A stretch of DNA of 64,000 bases, taken from Octopus vulgaris (Eukaryota). Both the position numbers and the translations under genes were made by a program. The stretch covers positions 7,812,001-7,876,000 of the forward strand of contig OX597822.1 of assembly GCA_951406725.2 (NCBI GenBank), in the 5' to 3' direction. The notes beneath the pieces are model-generated. The model searched no databases, was not told where the DNA came from, and saw nothing but the letters and a program-made list of their open reading frames with translations. Shown piece after piece: positions 26,707 through 46,126 of the stretch (positions are counted from its first letter, which is position 1; each line of letters opens with the position of its first letter).

Positions 26707-27878
26707 ATCATGAATTGCCCGCATGCCAACGATTAGAATTTCATTAAATTTGTCAGATTCACTATTCGTTTATTTTTTCTAGTTTCAAGTGGCTCCCCGG
26801 TCTCAGTATTATTTTGCACACCTACTCAATATGCTACAAAAATATTGCTGCTTCATATTCTGTTGTTTTAAACGATGGAAATTTATAACAAAACACGATT
26901 CTTTTATTGCTTTCTACTTGACATGTTTGGCATGTTTGCATTTATGTACGTAGACTTGTATGTATATAAAAAGGCGAATGTAGTTGATGCGTATAAATGA
27001 ATACGCTACGTATGTATACGTAAACATGAATATATTTATGCATATAAACGTCTGTGTTCTATGCATATATGTCTTTATATCTTTCCGTTTGTGTGAACGA
27101 CAGTCTAGCAGAAAATATGTCGTCGTTGACAGGCAACAAAAGTTATTTAAAACAATATACTGCATGAGCAAAGAGAATCGTAAATAACTACTGTAAGAAT
27201 GAGAGAAGCTAAAGGCAAAGCAGTAAGTAATAATGTTTTCACTAACTCAGTCTTTTTTTTATTTATTCTCTTGAAAATATTCCAAGTATATTTATAGCGC
27301 AGCATAGCAAAATTCAGAATGATATAAACTGATCATGTAAATTTCAAAGAGAGAGAAAAAAAATATGCATTTCATATTGTGAACTTATATTTATATTGCT
27401 AAAATAAACTATAAAATGTCCCTACTAAATGTTAGTTTGTATGTGTAAGCTTTCTTTGTGTTGATGGTTAAGAGTGATTTATTTAGTCTTCGGGATAATC
27501 AGTTATTTGCTTCTAATCTCAGAGGTGTTTTAAGATTTTGTACAAAAAAAAACAACATATCTAGCCTACAAATCATAACGCAGTATGTGTGTGTTTATTC
27601 CGTGTAAATCAATTTCCGTCTTTGTGTCATGTAACATTTAAGTATTTTTGAGAAACGGATGACATATTACATGAGGGATAAAAACTATGCACGGGAACCA
27701 AAACTACTTCGCATATATATGTACATATATACATGCGTGTGTGCGTGCGCACGTGTGTCTTGCGTGTGTGTGTGTTTATGTATATGTACCTATATACGTA
27801 TATACACGTAAAAAGGCACATAATAAACGATATACACGCATATATATATAATATATATACACACGCATATATACAATA

Positions 27879-28110
27879 GGCGGCGAGCTGGCAGAAACGT
27901 TAGCACGCCGGGCGAAATGCCTAGCCGTATTTCGTCTGTCGTTACGTTCTGAGTTCAAATTCCGCCGATGTCGACTTTGCCTTTCATCCTTTCGGGGTCC
28001 ATAAATTCAGTACCTGTTACGCACTGGGGTCGATGTAATCGACTTAATACCTATGTCTGTCCTTGTTTGTCCCCTCTGTATTTAGCCCCTTGTGGGTAAT
28101 AAAGAAATAG
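27879..28110 (+). mobile_element. SINE family A, full length
   Basis: High identity to the 25939 copy; flanks share acacgcatata. Confidence 0.92.
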
Positions 28111-28593
28111 ATATACACGCATATAGTTTTCCACTTCAAGGACCATCATAGATGTCAATAAGAAAATGTATTCGACATAAAAGTTCTTATTACTCTTCGG
28201 CCAACGAAGTCAAATATTATATATTTTAAGCATACCAGTCATGTGGATTATTGTTGGAAAACTGTGAACAGCACGGCGATCGATCCATACAACAATATTA
28301 ACATTGAAACAAAGATTCGCACTTTTACACAAGTGAGTCGTAACTGATTATGACTAAGCAGTTATAATAAAAGAAGAATATTTTTAAAAAAAGTCTTTTT
28401 AAAATAATATTCGAGCAAAACTTAGAAATTTTGTAAACAAATAACTCATCATGACACTGGACTGAATATACACCGACCTGATGAGATCCACGATTGAGCA
28501 AGCATTAAATGTAAGGACGGCATACATCTACAATCCCAGCATTAGTACGTCCAATGTTTTATTGTGATGAGATGCGTTTAACTTTCACCAATT

Positions 28594-28740
28594 ACTCTTT
28601 TACTCTTTTACTCTTTTACTTGCTTCAGTCATTTGACTGCGGCCATGCTGAAGCACCGCCTTTAGTCGAGCAAATCGGCCCCGGGACTTATTCTTTGTAA
28701 GCCCAGTACTTATTCTATCGGTCTCTTTTGCCGAACCGCA
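28594..28740 (-). mobile_element. 5'-truncated SINE family B
   Basis: (tactcttt)3 tail plus cagtcatttgactgcggccatgctg. Confidence 0.88.
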
Positions 28741-29450
28741 AATTGATTAGAAAAATACGATTCAGTTTTAAGTAGGAAATAATAAAATTTGGTGATCAGT
28801 CTACAGGAACAAATATCGAAAGAATTAGACAAGTAAAAAAATTATAAATCTAAATCTGAACAATTAATTCATTATTTATCACCTGCGACATTATTATTGA
28901 ACAGCTAAACTTGGTGTGACGACCCCGTTAACAAGAACTACGAGCAGTAAGTAAAAAAGCTTGTATTATTGTTGAAGCCTAATAGTGACAAATTTGTACG
29001 AACATAGAAAGGTTATCTCATAATATGAAAAATAATACCACGAAGGCCTTAAAGTTCGTTTACAAGAATATGTAGGACAATTATCGGGATTGAACACAAA
29101 CAAAATAATCGTGTTGCAATGAGTTTAAACAACCTACAAACTGGTTTCTCACACTGTCCCTTCTCAAGTTCACATCACCATCAGTGATATGCGCCTTACA
29201 TTGTCGATGGCAGTCATCGGCAAATAGCTGAAGTGAACGGTGAATGTCGACACTGATAACAGTTAGCGTACTACGCTTATGATTCTCCACAGAAGAGCAG
29301 TGTAGCCGAAAATTAGAGATATATCTGTCTAGACTCCAACATTGATTGGGGAAATGTCGTTTGTACAATGACAATTGTTAAATAGGATCCATAGTAACAG
29401 GCGCGTAAGCATGGCCGTTATATATACTTAGTATTGATGAACATTATAAA

Positions 29451-29826
29451 AAAAGAAGAATTTAATTCTAAGTTTTCAAGGAAGTTTTTAAATTTTTTCT
29501 GGGTGGTAAACTAAAACCAGTATGGTATATTTGTTCCTATTTGGTTAAATATATTTTGTAAAGATATATTAGACTAATTATATATTAAGAAACGGAAGTG
29601 AGATAATCAAGGTGAACTGAATAGTTTCTTTAGGGACATAGGATTCATACTATTTAGTATTCCTACTATTTGGGATTCATACTATTTAGGATTCCAACTA
29701 TTTAGGTTCATACAGTTTAATTTTAGAAAAAAGAAGAATTCAATTTTAAGTTTGCAGTGAAGTTATTTTAGTCATCTATGAATATTAAAGTGAAAGCCAG
29801 TATGGTATATTCCTTCTTATTTGGTT
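29451..29826. repeat. Diverged ~95-bp direct repeats enclosing a ~16-bp minisatellite
   Basis: aaaagaagaatt...ccagtatggtatatt...tatttggtta at 29451 and 29728; ggattcatactatttag-like units at 29641-29715. Confidence 0.7.
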
Positions 29827-30087
29827 ATAAAGAATTAAAATTTGAAAAAGATAGGAATAACCACAAAATTATTATTTAAAGTATTTAAACGTTCGGGACG
29901 TACGATGTATACAAGATACTCCTAGCTGCAAACGGTTATTCAACAGATATGTACCAAATTACCGGAGTCATTCTTGTTGCTTATTTTGATTATAATCACC
30001 CCACGAATTTTTATGGATAACACCATACAGAATTCTGGTGCATCTAAATTAAGTACCATATTCATTTGAATCTAAATTTTTGCTGAA

Positions 30088-30137
<50 letters not shown>

Positions 30138-30149
30138 CATATATATACA

Positions 30150-30980
30150 GCTATAAGAGAGAATCCTCTATTTGGACGCTCTTACGCTAGATATAGATCA
30201 GCAAAGGGGATCCACCATTAAGAATTGTTCTCAAGAAATAATTTAACACACCAAGAACGTAAGCGAGCAGGACAAATGAAAAATAACGAAAATATAGATT
30301 AACCCTATACAATTAATATAATGAAATTATTGTATACAGTTCTCAGGTGCGCCACAACTGTTTCATCGTTAAAAAATTAAGTAATTTTACTTACATAAAT
30401 ATCTTCGAATCTTCAATAGAGTACGTCAAAAACATAATTTGTCGAACTGCACGGCAAATATCAACACGAGGTTAGAGACAGACGAAAAGTTCGGCCGATT
30501 ATATTCACAGTTACATTCAAATGCTCTCGTTCTGGCGCGCTAAATGGCGGGTATAAATACTGCATAAGTAATTTACTGCCGGTTTGAGAACATATTAATT
30601 TATATTTAAAGTCAAAATAAGTGTGAAAAAATTGGATATTAATTTAATAACACCAATTTAAACACCAAGTGGCCTAGTGTATAAAAGACTGAGATTCAGT
30701 AAATATTATTAATACACACCTATAAGAGAGAATCCACTATATGGACGCTCTTGCACTAGATATAGATCCTCAAAGGGAATCCACCATTAAGAATTGTTCT
30801 CAAGAAATAATTCAACACACCAAGAACGTAAGCGAGCAAGACAAATGAAAACTAACGAATACAAATATAGCTGTGTATTAATATTTACTGAATCTCAGTC
30901 TTTTATACGCTATGCCACTTGTTGTTTAAATTGGTGTTATTAAATTAATATCCAATTTTTTCACCCTTATTTTGACTTAT
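30150..30980. mobile_element. PLE-type terminal-repeat cassette with direct plus inverted repeats in (TA)n
   Basis: Direct repeat 30151-30292 / 30720-30862; inverted repeat 30608-30716 / 30872-30978; minus-strand TTGAAGA...GAAACAGTTGT. Confidence 0.6.
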
Positions 30981-31007
30981 ATATATACATATATACATAC
31001 ACACATA

Positions 31008-32812
<1,805 letters not shown>

Positions 32813-32843
32813 AATCCCACTCGTGCGATACCCCACAACTCAA

Positions 32844-32951
<108 letters not shown>

Positions 32952-34083
32952 GTAAGTAAAAAATAGTACCCACCTTCTCGGTAGTCATGCCTTTGTAGTT
33001 TTTTAGTTTATAATTGACAGATTTTAAACTTATTAAATCTGGATCTTTTATGATGTTATTAATACTCTTTGATATCCCAAATCGTAAAACATGAAATAAG
33101 GAGTCAAAAGACTCTCCCAATCGTGACATCATGCACATAAACCCTAAGACATGAATTGAGCACTGGTTTTAACTCACCCTGCATGTGTGAGTGTGTGTGC
33201 GTGTGTGTACCTGTCTGTGTATGTGTCTGTGTGAGCTGATGTGTATATGATATTTTAATTGTTGTTATGGTAGTTTACATCAGTAAGTCATGTTCCCTTC
33301 AAATTTCTTCCCTATCACTCTTTGAAATTTCCTGCCGTTATAATGAATATTACTAAAATATAAGTACAGTAAAAAATCCAATTACAGAGAATATGTTTTT
33401 CATGACGTTTGTACCCCTTAATAATAGATTCACTTCTAATTACTTTCCTATATTATTATGCAAGAAATAATTACTTATAGCCATAAGGTGATGTTTACTT
33501 ATAATTACAGATACTAATTTTTTTGCACAATAGTAATGGTCTATTCAATGAAAATAATTGCATATTCTTCTACTTCCTAACACAAATATTAATTCAATAG
33601 ATATTTATATATGAATGAATTAAGCTAAACGGTAATCTACAATAGCTTTTCCTTTGACGTTTATCGGTGAAAAACATAAATAAGAAGAATTTATTTTATA
33701 CGTATTCTTTTCCGACAAAACACTCATATTCTGCACCCATTGCACTTAACCTCTTCTCTAAATTACTCCGTGCATTCCTATTCAATTTGTTCTTTTTTCT
33801 TTTGTTTCTTATAGAATGAACAGCAATTGTAAAATAACGAGTAATTCAATAGTTTGTTAGCATTTCTTAATCATATATTTGATTCGGTTCACACACGCAC
33901 AAAAAGAAGGAAAAAGTACTTTAATCTCGTACTTACAGTGACATCTTTATAGTGAAGGTAAACAAACGAACATCATTTGCCACGCAATTGTGTGGAACAA
34001 ATCTAGACTCAAAGAAAGACACACATCCACACCCACACACACATATACATACATGCATACATACATACACACACATATGTATG

Positions 34084-34133
<50 letters not shown>

Positions 34134-34299
34134 TATATATACATACATATCTGCCTATGTATGTACCTATGTGTCTGTGTTTGTCATCTCTCACCACTTT
34201 CCAACCGGTGTTGATTTGTTTATGTCCACAAAACTTAACGGTTCGGCCAAAGAGGCCACCAGAATAAGTATCAAGTTTTAAAATCACTGAGTCAATCCG

Positions 34300-36620
<2,321 letters not shown>

Positions 36621-37371
36621 CATAGTTTTTACTTTAAATCGATTATAATATTATTATTTTAGTTATTATTATGTATATGTATGTATATATATGTAAATGT
36701 GTATGTGGGTGTATATATGTATGTGTGTATATATGTATGTATATATGTATATATGTATGTACGAATGTATGTGTGTATCTATGTACATATACATATCTAT
36801 GTGTACGTGTGTGCATGTATGTATGTATACGTATCTTAATCAACCAACCGTAACTATAATTCAATGACATTGACATTCAAATGGGCTAACCAATTGGATT
36901 TAGCTTGGGGTTGTAAATAATCTCTTCCCTACTCCCGTAAGATTTCCAACCACTGAAATAGTATATTAATAATAACGTAGGCAGAGCTCGTAACGGCCTA
37001 TCTTTTATCTCTTGATGTGTGAACTCTACGTATGTACATAAATGTATCTTTTGTATGATGTAAAAGGATAAAATCTATTTATATGTATTAGTGGATGTTT
37101 ATGCGCAAGTATGTATATGCATATCCATGTGTTTTTTACCTGTGTATATATATATGTATGCAGAATAAGACAAAAGTTTCGAATTTGAATGTATGATATA
37201 TGAATATAATGACATTATTTGTTGAATTAATGTGCTTGCAACTTTCATAAGCATCTGTCTATATATTATGTTATACTATATTATATAATATACTATATCA
37301 TATTATACTATATTCTATGTGGTATTTTCCATTTCCTCTGTATTGTGAATAGCAGAATGCACATAATCTAA

Positions 37372-37407
<36 letters not shown>

Positions 37408-37413
37408 TAATAA

Positions 37414-37508
<95 letters not shown>

Positions 37509-38745
37509 TCCTTAACTGGACACTAAATGAACTGACCAAAATAGATAGGAAAATAAGAAAAATAATGACAGGATCTAGGATGCATCACCTAAAATCTGAC
37601 ATAGAAAGGCTATATATACAACGTATTGATGGTGGTAGAGGCCTTATACAGCTGGAAAACTACTATAAAATAACCACCATAGGACTGCAAAATATCTACT
37701 TCAGAAGGAAGGAAAACTGATACAAATAACGGCAAAACACGAGCAAAACAAAAACTGTTCTCAGTATTTAAGGAAACTGACAAATACAAGAAGAAGAAGA
37801 TGAAGAAACAACAAAAGCTATAAAACAAATGAAATCCAAACTACAAATAGAACGGCAACGAATCATGATAAAACGATGGCAAGAAAAGCCCCTTCATGGT
37901 AAATACTGGACTAAACTAAACGCAAAATAAATAGACAAAGAAAAATTCCAGCAACGGTTGAGAAGCTCAGGACTCAAAGCAGAGAAAAAGGGATTTTTAA
38001 TTGAAACACAAGACCAAAACCTTCCCACCAAAAATATGTAATGAAAAGAAATATAACAAGTAACTGCAGAATATGTGGAGATGGACAAGAAACAATAAAT
38101 CATATTATCTCTGGCTGCCCAGTCCTGGCTGAGAAGGAATATGTTCACAGACATGACAGCGTTGGAACCTACATACACTGAAAGCTATGCCAACATTATG
38201 GAATAACAACAGAAAAAAGATGGTATAGGCACACACCAGAAAAGGTCACAGAAAACGAGAAAGCAGCCATACTCTGGGATATGCCGATACACACAAATAG
38301 AGAAATTAAGGCCAACAGACCAGATATAGTTGTCAGAGATCATGAAGAAAAAAATGCTTTCTAATTGATGTATCAATACCGGCAGATGACAACGTGTCTC
38401 TAAAAGAAATGGAGAAACTTTCAAAATACAAAGACCTGGAAAAAGAGGTAACCAGAATGTGGAATCTAAAAACAGAAACAATTCCTATCATAGTAGGTGC
38501 ATTAGGCATGATAAAAAAATATTCAGACAAATACATAACAAAAACACCAGGACTTACAAACACACATAACATACAGAGAATTGCACTACTAGGCACTGCA
38601 CACACCCTACGCAGAACACTTTCCATACAATAACCATCAGAGCATCACAACAAATCACAGCACATTCCTAAGGCACACAGAGCTGCGCTCGGTAGTGAAG
38701 TGAAATCACGCTATAAAAATAAAACTACTGAATAATAATAATAAT
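37509..38745 (+). mobile_element. 5'-truncated R4/Dong-type non-LTR retrotransposon (RLE endonuclease), decayed
   Basis: MHHLKSDIERLY..R..GGRGL, CRICGDGQETINHIISGCPVLA..EYVHRHD, RPDIVVRD, LIDVSIP, KYKDL, IPIIVGALG; flanked by (AAT)n on both sides. Confidence 0.9.
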
Positions 38746-38912
38746 ATTAATAGTTTTGGTAACGTAATGAACTTTGCATATGTACCCATTGATGTGAATG
38801 TATATGTATACTCCAGTATATATATTTGGTTATCTGTAATCTTATGTGTATGTATATTAAAATATATATATATACTTATATATATATGTATATATATATG
38901 TGTATATACACT

Positions 38913-39027
<115 letters not shown>

Positions 39028-39149
39028 TCTTGTGTATGTGCATTTTGTTTCATATTTATATTTGCATTTTTATAATTGTACTTTATAATCTCTGACGAGG
39101 CCTTGAGATATATATATATAGGTAACTCATTTTTAACTGCATATTACCT

Positions 39150-39385
39150 CAAAACATCTGACTAATGTTTTGCCCGTAAACATAGTTAGTTATCAATTTA
39201 GGACGGAGCGCGAGGTAAAACGTAGCTAATGCTGCCTTTTATACGGTGTTGCATTCCTGCTCTTCTTCTTGGTATTATGAATATGCTTTCCTGCTCTTCC
39301 TCTTGGTAATAGGTTCCGTACGAAAGACACCCAATGCGTAATGGTGAAAAGGGTTTCAGTCAGTTGAGCTAGGAGGCAACATGTT
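39150..39385 (-). mobile_element. Possible Tc1/mariner DDE C-terminal fragment
   Basis: LPPSSTD*NPFHHYALGV resembles WPPxSPDLNPxDYxxWG. Confidence 0.4.
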
Positions 39386-39399
39386 GTGCTTAAAAACAC

Positions 39400-39960
39400 G
39401 GTATCTTATGTTTCTTATGAGAAATATTTCTCAAATATGTGACACACTAGTATATTCTTTCTGCAAATTTATAAGCTCATTATGGCCAAATGTTTCAAAA
39501 TTCCTGACGGAATTGCATCTCATTTTCAGAAAATACTGCTTTATCACTGAATCTATATATATGAACAGGTGTTCCATCTCGATATTAATGGTTTTGATCT
39601 AATACCATTAGTGAATGTATGTAAAATTTGTGCAGCTTTTGGTGAACTATAATACATAACTGAGTAGTAAAATTAAATAATATATAGTAAACAAAGAGAT
39701 AACTTCGGCCAGTGATCTGCAAGCATTCAATAATATATCAAAGATTTTTTTTCGATCTACAACAGACTAAAATTTCTAAAAACTTTGATTAGCAAGGATG
39801 AAAACAAGATGAAACAAGGATGAAAACCCGGTAGGCTTAAATATTGATGAATGTAAATAATATTGTCCATAACATGCAGCAATGAGATATGGAGATAAGG
39901 AATCGCGTGTATGTTGAAAACATAGCCATCGATCTATGAATACTTAGAAGATTAATACGA
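39400..39960 (-). pseudogene. LRR-like relic fragment
   Basis: IKTINIEMEHL; DNA match ccatctcgatattaatggttttgatctaa to 35962-35991 and a weaker match to 14325-14352. Confidence 0.3.
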
Positions 39961-40589
39961 ATAACTGGAGAATTAGTGATTTCATTATATACTTTAAAGA
40001 AAACTACATTTTATCTGAAATAAAATATTCTACCATGCATTTTATTAAGTAGTAATTGAGTATATCAACCAAAAAATGAGACGAAGGAAATAACTTATAC
40101 GATTTAGAAATACGATTGTCAACAATTCAGTCATTATTTTCTTGCTGATTTCTCGTGGCTTTTATTTTTTCTTTACTCTCCTTTATTTGTCAAAGAGGAA
40201 ATTATCCGTATGTTTATAAAAGCTAGAAAATTTCACTTTATACAATAATTACCGTATGGGTGCATTGGACTCTTGAATTAAATTCAAACAATACGCTTGT
40301 CCTTCTAAACAGAACAAAATATCATTTTTCCTTGATATTTATCAGGTATAAAATAGATAAAATTTTATTGAATTCATTTGCCTAATTTTAGAAAAAAAAG
40401 GATAATATTCCTGTAAATTTGTGTGGTATTGCATCACCTTCCACCTGCTAGGTTATAGGGTGATGCAATATTTCTATGTGATGATGCAATTCTTAAAATA
40501 TATTGCATCATCTTTGAGGAGAGTATAAATATGTGTGAGAGCAATATCTGCCTTTAGTCTGCTATCAAGTTCCATATAGTTCAGTTGTG

Positions 40590-41774
40590 CTTTCCAGTAT
40601 GCGTAGACATGAAAACTTGATTGAAGACCAAATATCGTAAGGGTTATTGGAATCAGATGAAGAAAGGGAAGAAGATAGTAGTGATTCCTTCTATTGTTCT
40701 GAAGATGATGGCGAAAGTAATTGTGTGCTGGACAGTTTAGGTTCTGCTCCTCAGATGATGAAAATACTCAAAAACAATTATCTGCAAGCCAACCAGTTAT
40801 GAATGAGCAATATGTTTGTAGAGAAAGACAAGTTTAGCATCCTAATCCTCTTACTCAAGCAGCAGTAAGAACTTCATCTTGCAATATTGTGTGCCAAGAA
40901 TGTGGGCCATCCTGTGTCACTAAAAGGTCCTGAGTTAGCATTGAAACATATTTTACTATCTTTATGCGTGCGCCAAAATCTTCTTGAAGTAATTCGTAAA
41001 TGGACAAATGTTGAAGGTCAGATTTTTTGCAAATATAAATGGGAGGTAATTGATCATTCTGAACTAAAGAAATTTATTGGACTGATTAGTTATATAGGTG
41101 TTCATAAAGTTATACATGAGAATGCCACACATTTATGGAGTCAAGAAGATGACTGCCCAATATTCAACAAAATTATAAGCCAGGAAATATTTCAACAGAT
41201 TTTACAAGTATTGCGCTTTGAGGATACTTAGTGCAAGAAGGAAAACGAGAAGTAATGATAAATTGGAGCCTATAAGAGAAGTATTTGAAATATGGAATCA
41301 GAATTTGCAAAATGGATATGTTCCAAGTTCATGCATGACAATTGATGAACAGTTAGATTCATTCAGAGGCCGCTGCCCATTCCGGGGATGTATATTCCTT
41401 CAAATCCAGGGAAATATGGAATTAAAATTTGAACAATATACGAGAGTGAAACATCTTATGCTTGAAAAATGCAAATCTGCACTTGAAAAGACCGAGTAAA
41501 AAGGAGACAGAGAAATATTGGTCGCAATATTACTTGTGATAATTGTTTTACAAGTCTAGGTTTGACTCGAAAGCTGCTAAGCAATCAAACTGCTTTAGTT
41601 GGAACAATTAGAAAGAACAGAGTTGATCTTCCAAGTGCTTTCACAAATGGAAAAGAAAGAGAAATCACCAGCACAATATTTGGATTTCAAAAGGATTCTA
41701 TGATCATATCTTATGAGGACAATTCATTCTCAGCCTTCAATTGATTTAAAAATAGCTGAAAAGAAACCTGAAGT

Positions 41775-41780
<6 letters not shown>
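40590..41780 (+). mobile_element. piggyBac (PGBD4-like) transposase relic
   Basis: ELKKFIGL, LWS, ILQVLRF, DKLEPIREVF, MTIDEQL..FRGRCPFR, PGKYGIK, GRNITCDNCFTS, LVGTIRKNR; frameshifted. Confidence 0.92.
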
Positions 41781-42518
<738 letters not shown>

Positions 42519-43077
42519 AAAGCATTTTTTGCACAAACTTAGAAGACACTCATCTCATATCCAAATCTTCGGTGATAATGGACTGAACTGAACCGTAACT
42601 AATCTGCACATCCTCTGATAACTTACGGATGGTGATTCGACGATTTCCCCTCACAGTTTCATGCACATCCGCTATGTTTTTTCTCAGTTCTGCTGGTTGC
42701 GGCTCTCGCAGAATGTTCGTGAAAATTGACTTTTTTCGGCCATATTGGAAACGTCTTAACCACTCGTAAACTTGTGTGCAGCTGATGCACTCATCTTCAT
42801 ACACTTTTTGCAGCTTTGGTAGGCCTCTGAGGCGGTATAGCCATGAAAACTTTCTGTCATTATCAATGCGACGATCATACGCTACACATCTTCCTTTCAA
42901 GCACTGTTGATGACTTAATATGTCTAACAGCCGAATATATCAGCAGGAGTGAGATAGACTGTCCAAACTTTGTGCGCACGGACAGCAGAGTTTATGGTCA
43001 ATCTTCGCCAAGTGGTTTTACACTGCGTGTATCGGTACTATGGCAACAATCCGGGCACTTATTGATCAGGCCTCGCA
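42519..43077 (-). mobile_element. Mariner 5' half (TIR plus HTH region)
   Basis: LQKVYEDECISCTQVYEWLRRF; NRRITIRKL...ISYGSVQSIITEDLDMR.VSSKFV; TIR-like cgaggcctgatcaataag. Confidence 0.88.
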
Positions 43078-43099
43078 CATATGTGTATGCGTGTGCTTG

Positions 43100-44528
43100 C
43101 GTTTGTGTGCGTTTGTGTGTATGTGTATGTGAGTGTGCATTTATCCCTGAGAAACACAATATCTTGCAAGTCGTTTCGTTTCTGTTTCTATTACTTACTG
43201 TTTTGCAGCAATGTTTTTCGTACACCATGGAGCCCATTCGACCAGCAATAGACTTCAGCTTTGGAGATGACTCGTGTGTACTTCAACGTAGAAATAACAC
43301 GATATATTTCAAAAAGTAAAATATATTATAAACCGTAATGGAAATGATGAGGCAAAAAGCACAAAAATACAGAATACATTTTGAAAACAAGTGCTCTGTT
43401 CAGACCTGTACATGTGTATAGGCACATAAGCTGAAGTTCGTGCATATAAACACATACATACTTAGATATCTATACGATAATCCCGATTGCATCGTATATT
43501 GAACGAAAAAACTCACACATATTGCCATAACAAAAGTATACCTCAAGTAATATAAAGTTTCATTTATCAATGAAATTACTAAATAAAAGTTATGAGATAG
43601 AACTTGGTATAAGTAGGAGTAAATTTTAGACAAATGAAACCTTCGAGTGAAATGCTCTATCGTTTAGGAAATTAGAATTCTGGAGAATAATTATGGCTTC
43701 ACCACTGAAAATTATTTAGGTGTGCATAGATTTAAAAGAGCTATCGGATTACAGGAAATTATCGACGGTAAATTGGATTTTTATCTGATTCGGGAAGAAT
43801 TTTTACGGTAAACCTCATATTTGTGTTATACGTTCAATTATAATATTAATTATATGAAATATATAATTATATTCTTTAATTATAACATTGTTAGCTTTAA
43901 TAGAATAAGGTATTATATTAGAAAAATGCTATTTCTGTAGTTATTTCCTATATAATTATTAGTTGTTTCATTGATATACCAAAATTTATATAAGGTGGAA
44001 TACATGAAGGCTGAGAGAACGAACCCAGGTTGTAATATCTGTAGCAGGATGTGGTTAGAAATATCTTTTCACCAGAATCGAAGACAATGCTCATGACCAA
44101 CTGGAAGGCTTCCGTGACATTAGAGGGTGGAAGAAGCTATCCTAAGACGTGAGACTTGATTCGGATGATTGAAACAGAACTGAATACGCTAACGGTGCAA
44201 AAGATGCCACATAACGGTCGTAAACCGGATGACGTAATATGTCTAACAGCCGAATATACTATGGTGAGATTTGAAATGAGAAACCAATTGCGGTACAAAT
44301 AGTGTGAAGCATTCATAATGCCAAATCGCAGCGATGTATGTAATTTATCTAAATATATAAAGGCATTAGCCCATACTTTTCCTTCACTTTTACTATGTAT
44401 TTTTCTGTGTATCTGTATTTATACGTCTGTCAGTTTCCCTCTCTTTACACAAGCACAGACACACTTTGCTCATGTAGACAGAGGTGAACTGACAGACAAT
44501 ACATAAATACAGGTACACAAAAAAATAC

Positions 44529-44559
<31 letters not shown>

Positions 44560-45640
44560 TATATTATATATATATATATATATATATACCGGAGTAAACA
44601 CATACGTGTGAAACAAGGTGAAAAAAAGAGTACTCAAATACCAGTGGTAGAGTAATATGCTTTATTTAAAGCACCAGAAAATTCAACAAAACCTGTTACT
44701 CTGAGTTTCCCGTTGCCGTTCATCGGACAGTTTTTGCTAGAATATATATATATATACTCATATATAATATTTTGAGATTTTTAATAAAAAATAAACGAAT
44801 AATCATATTTTTATAGTCATATATGTTGAAGTAAAGATTGTTGTGTCTAGAGATAGTCATTATGCCAATATTCTGAACATGCACTGTTTGAATTCCACTC
44901 CTTTGCTATTAGACACATGACGATCAATTTGTTAGTAGGATATTTATCCAAATGACTAACAATAATAGAGTGAAATTGAACCAGTGCGTGTGTTAATAAT
45001 ATAGGCATAATGTATCTCCCTAGACACAACAAACCTTTGTAATTTTTTGTAAAATGACCATATGTTTGGTAGCCCCATAGTAGAGCACACTCTATTTAAA
45101 CGTGCATACCACACAATTACGACAGAATATCTACCGACAGATTCAATTTCTTTGATCTACAGTCAAAAAGTCCCTGAAATTCATAACCTATAAGAACGAA
45201 AATGGTTCATGAATGATACGGTTTCACATGGAATTAGAAAATGGTTTCCTATTGAGGCACAAGACCAGCTATTTTGAGAGCTGAGAGAATATTTGGTAAC
45301 AACAGCCAGAGTTTCTATTTTCCTTTTAATTTATTTAACTTTTATTTAACCACCTCGAATCAAAGACGGACAGTGTTGATTACGATATAACTAGAATTGA
45401 AATATTAAATCATCGGAACGAAAGATGTAATGTATTTTTCCGTCTCTCAGCCAGAATGTTGCTCTGCGTCGGAACGATATCACGCCATCTCATGAATAGA
45501 GGTAAAGCCTGTTACACATACGCAATACCGATAATGCAATGATATTTTACCAGCATGACTCCAGGAAACAATCTTCTCTTAATGATTCTAAAGGGTTTTC
45601 ATTTTCACATAATCTTGTTTTGATCGGAAAGCTCTTATTA
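43100..45640 (-). pseudogene. Possible LRR-like relic
   Basis: NPLESLREDCF (~45580), ISCNPI and FLNDRAF (~43750-43650), VLSHNF; weak. Confidence 0.3.
44687..44736 (-). ncRNA. Minimal hammerhead ribozyme motif in a short (TA)n-embedded element (44588-44742)
   Basis: caaaaactgt CCGATGA acg gcaa cgg GAAAC tcaga GTA acaggttttg: stem I 9/10 bp, GNRA-capped stem II, very short stem III, GUA triplet; U4-to-C core variant. Confidence 0.7.
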
Positions 45641-46056
45641 GAGAGCAAGTGTACGTGTTATCGAAATACATCGTCACGCATACACAGGGATACTCGCACA
45701 CAGAAAGATGCGCACAAACACAAAAAACTGACACGCACACATATACACACATGTATATACATATACACACATAAGATAGATGCATCCATTCATCTTCGTT
45801 CTCATTAGATTACATACCATTTGATTATAAAACAGTTGATTACATTGCATTACGCTATGTAGTTTTTCATATTCTTCAAATATTTTGTTTCACAAAATTA
45901 ACACATTAAAGGAGAGCGTACATTCAAAATATTCAGGGTTTTTTTATCATTTCTTTGCTTCGTTTAATAATTTACAATGTTTATTGGGTTTGCTAGCGAG
46001 TACATTGATGGAGCTACATCATAACGAAAAGAACAATCATTACTATTTCTGATAAG

Positions 46057-46057
<1 letters not shown>

Positions 46058-46126
<69 letters not shown>

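Larger units (their letters stand above)
28140..30060 (-). pseudogene. Decayed TLR-like relic 6 (3' half)
   Basis: LRRCT-like NCHCTND (~29370); TIR C-terminal-like LRWPKSNKNF (~28200). Confidence 0.4.

Noticed and set aside
28477-28505. CTGATGA hammerhead core
   Set aside because: No GAAA or supporting stems downstream
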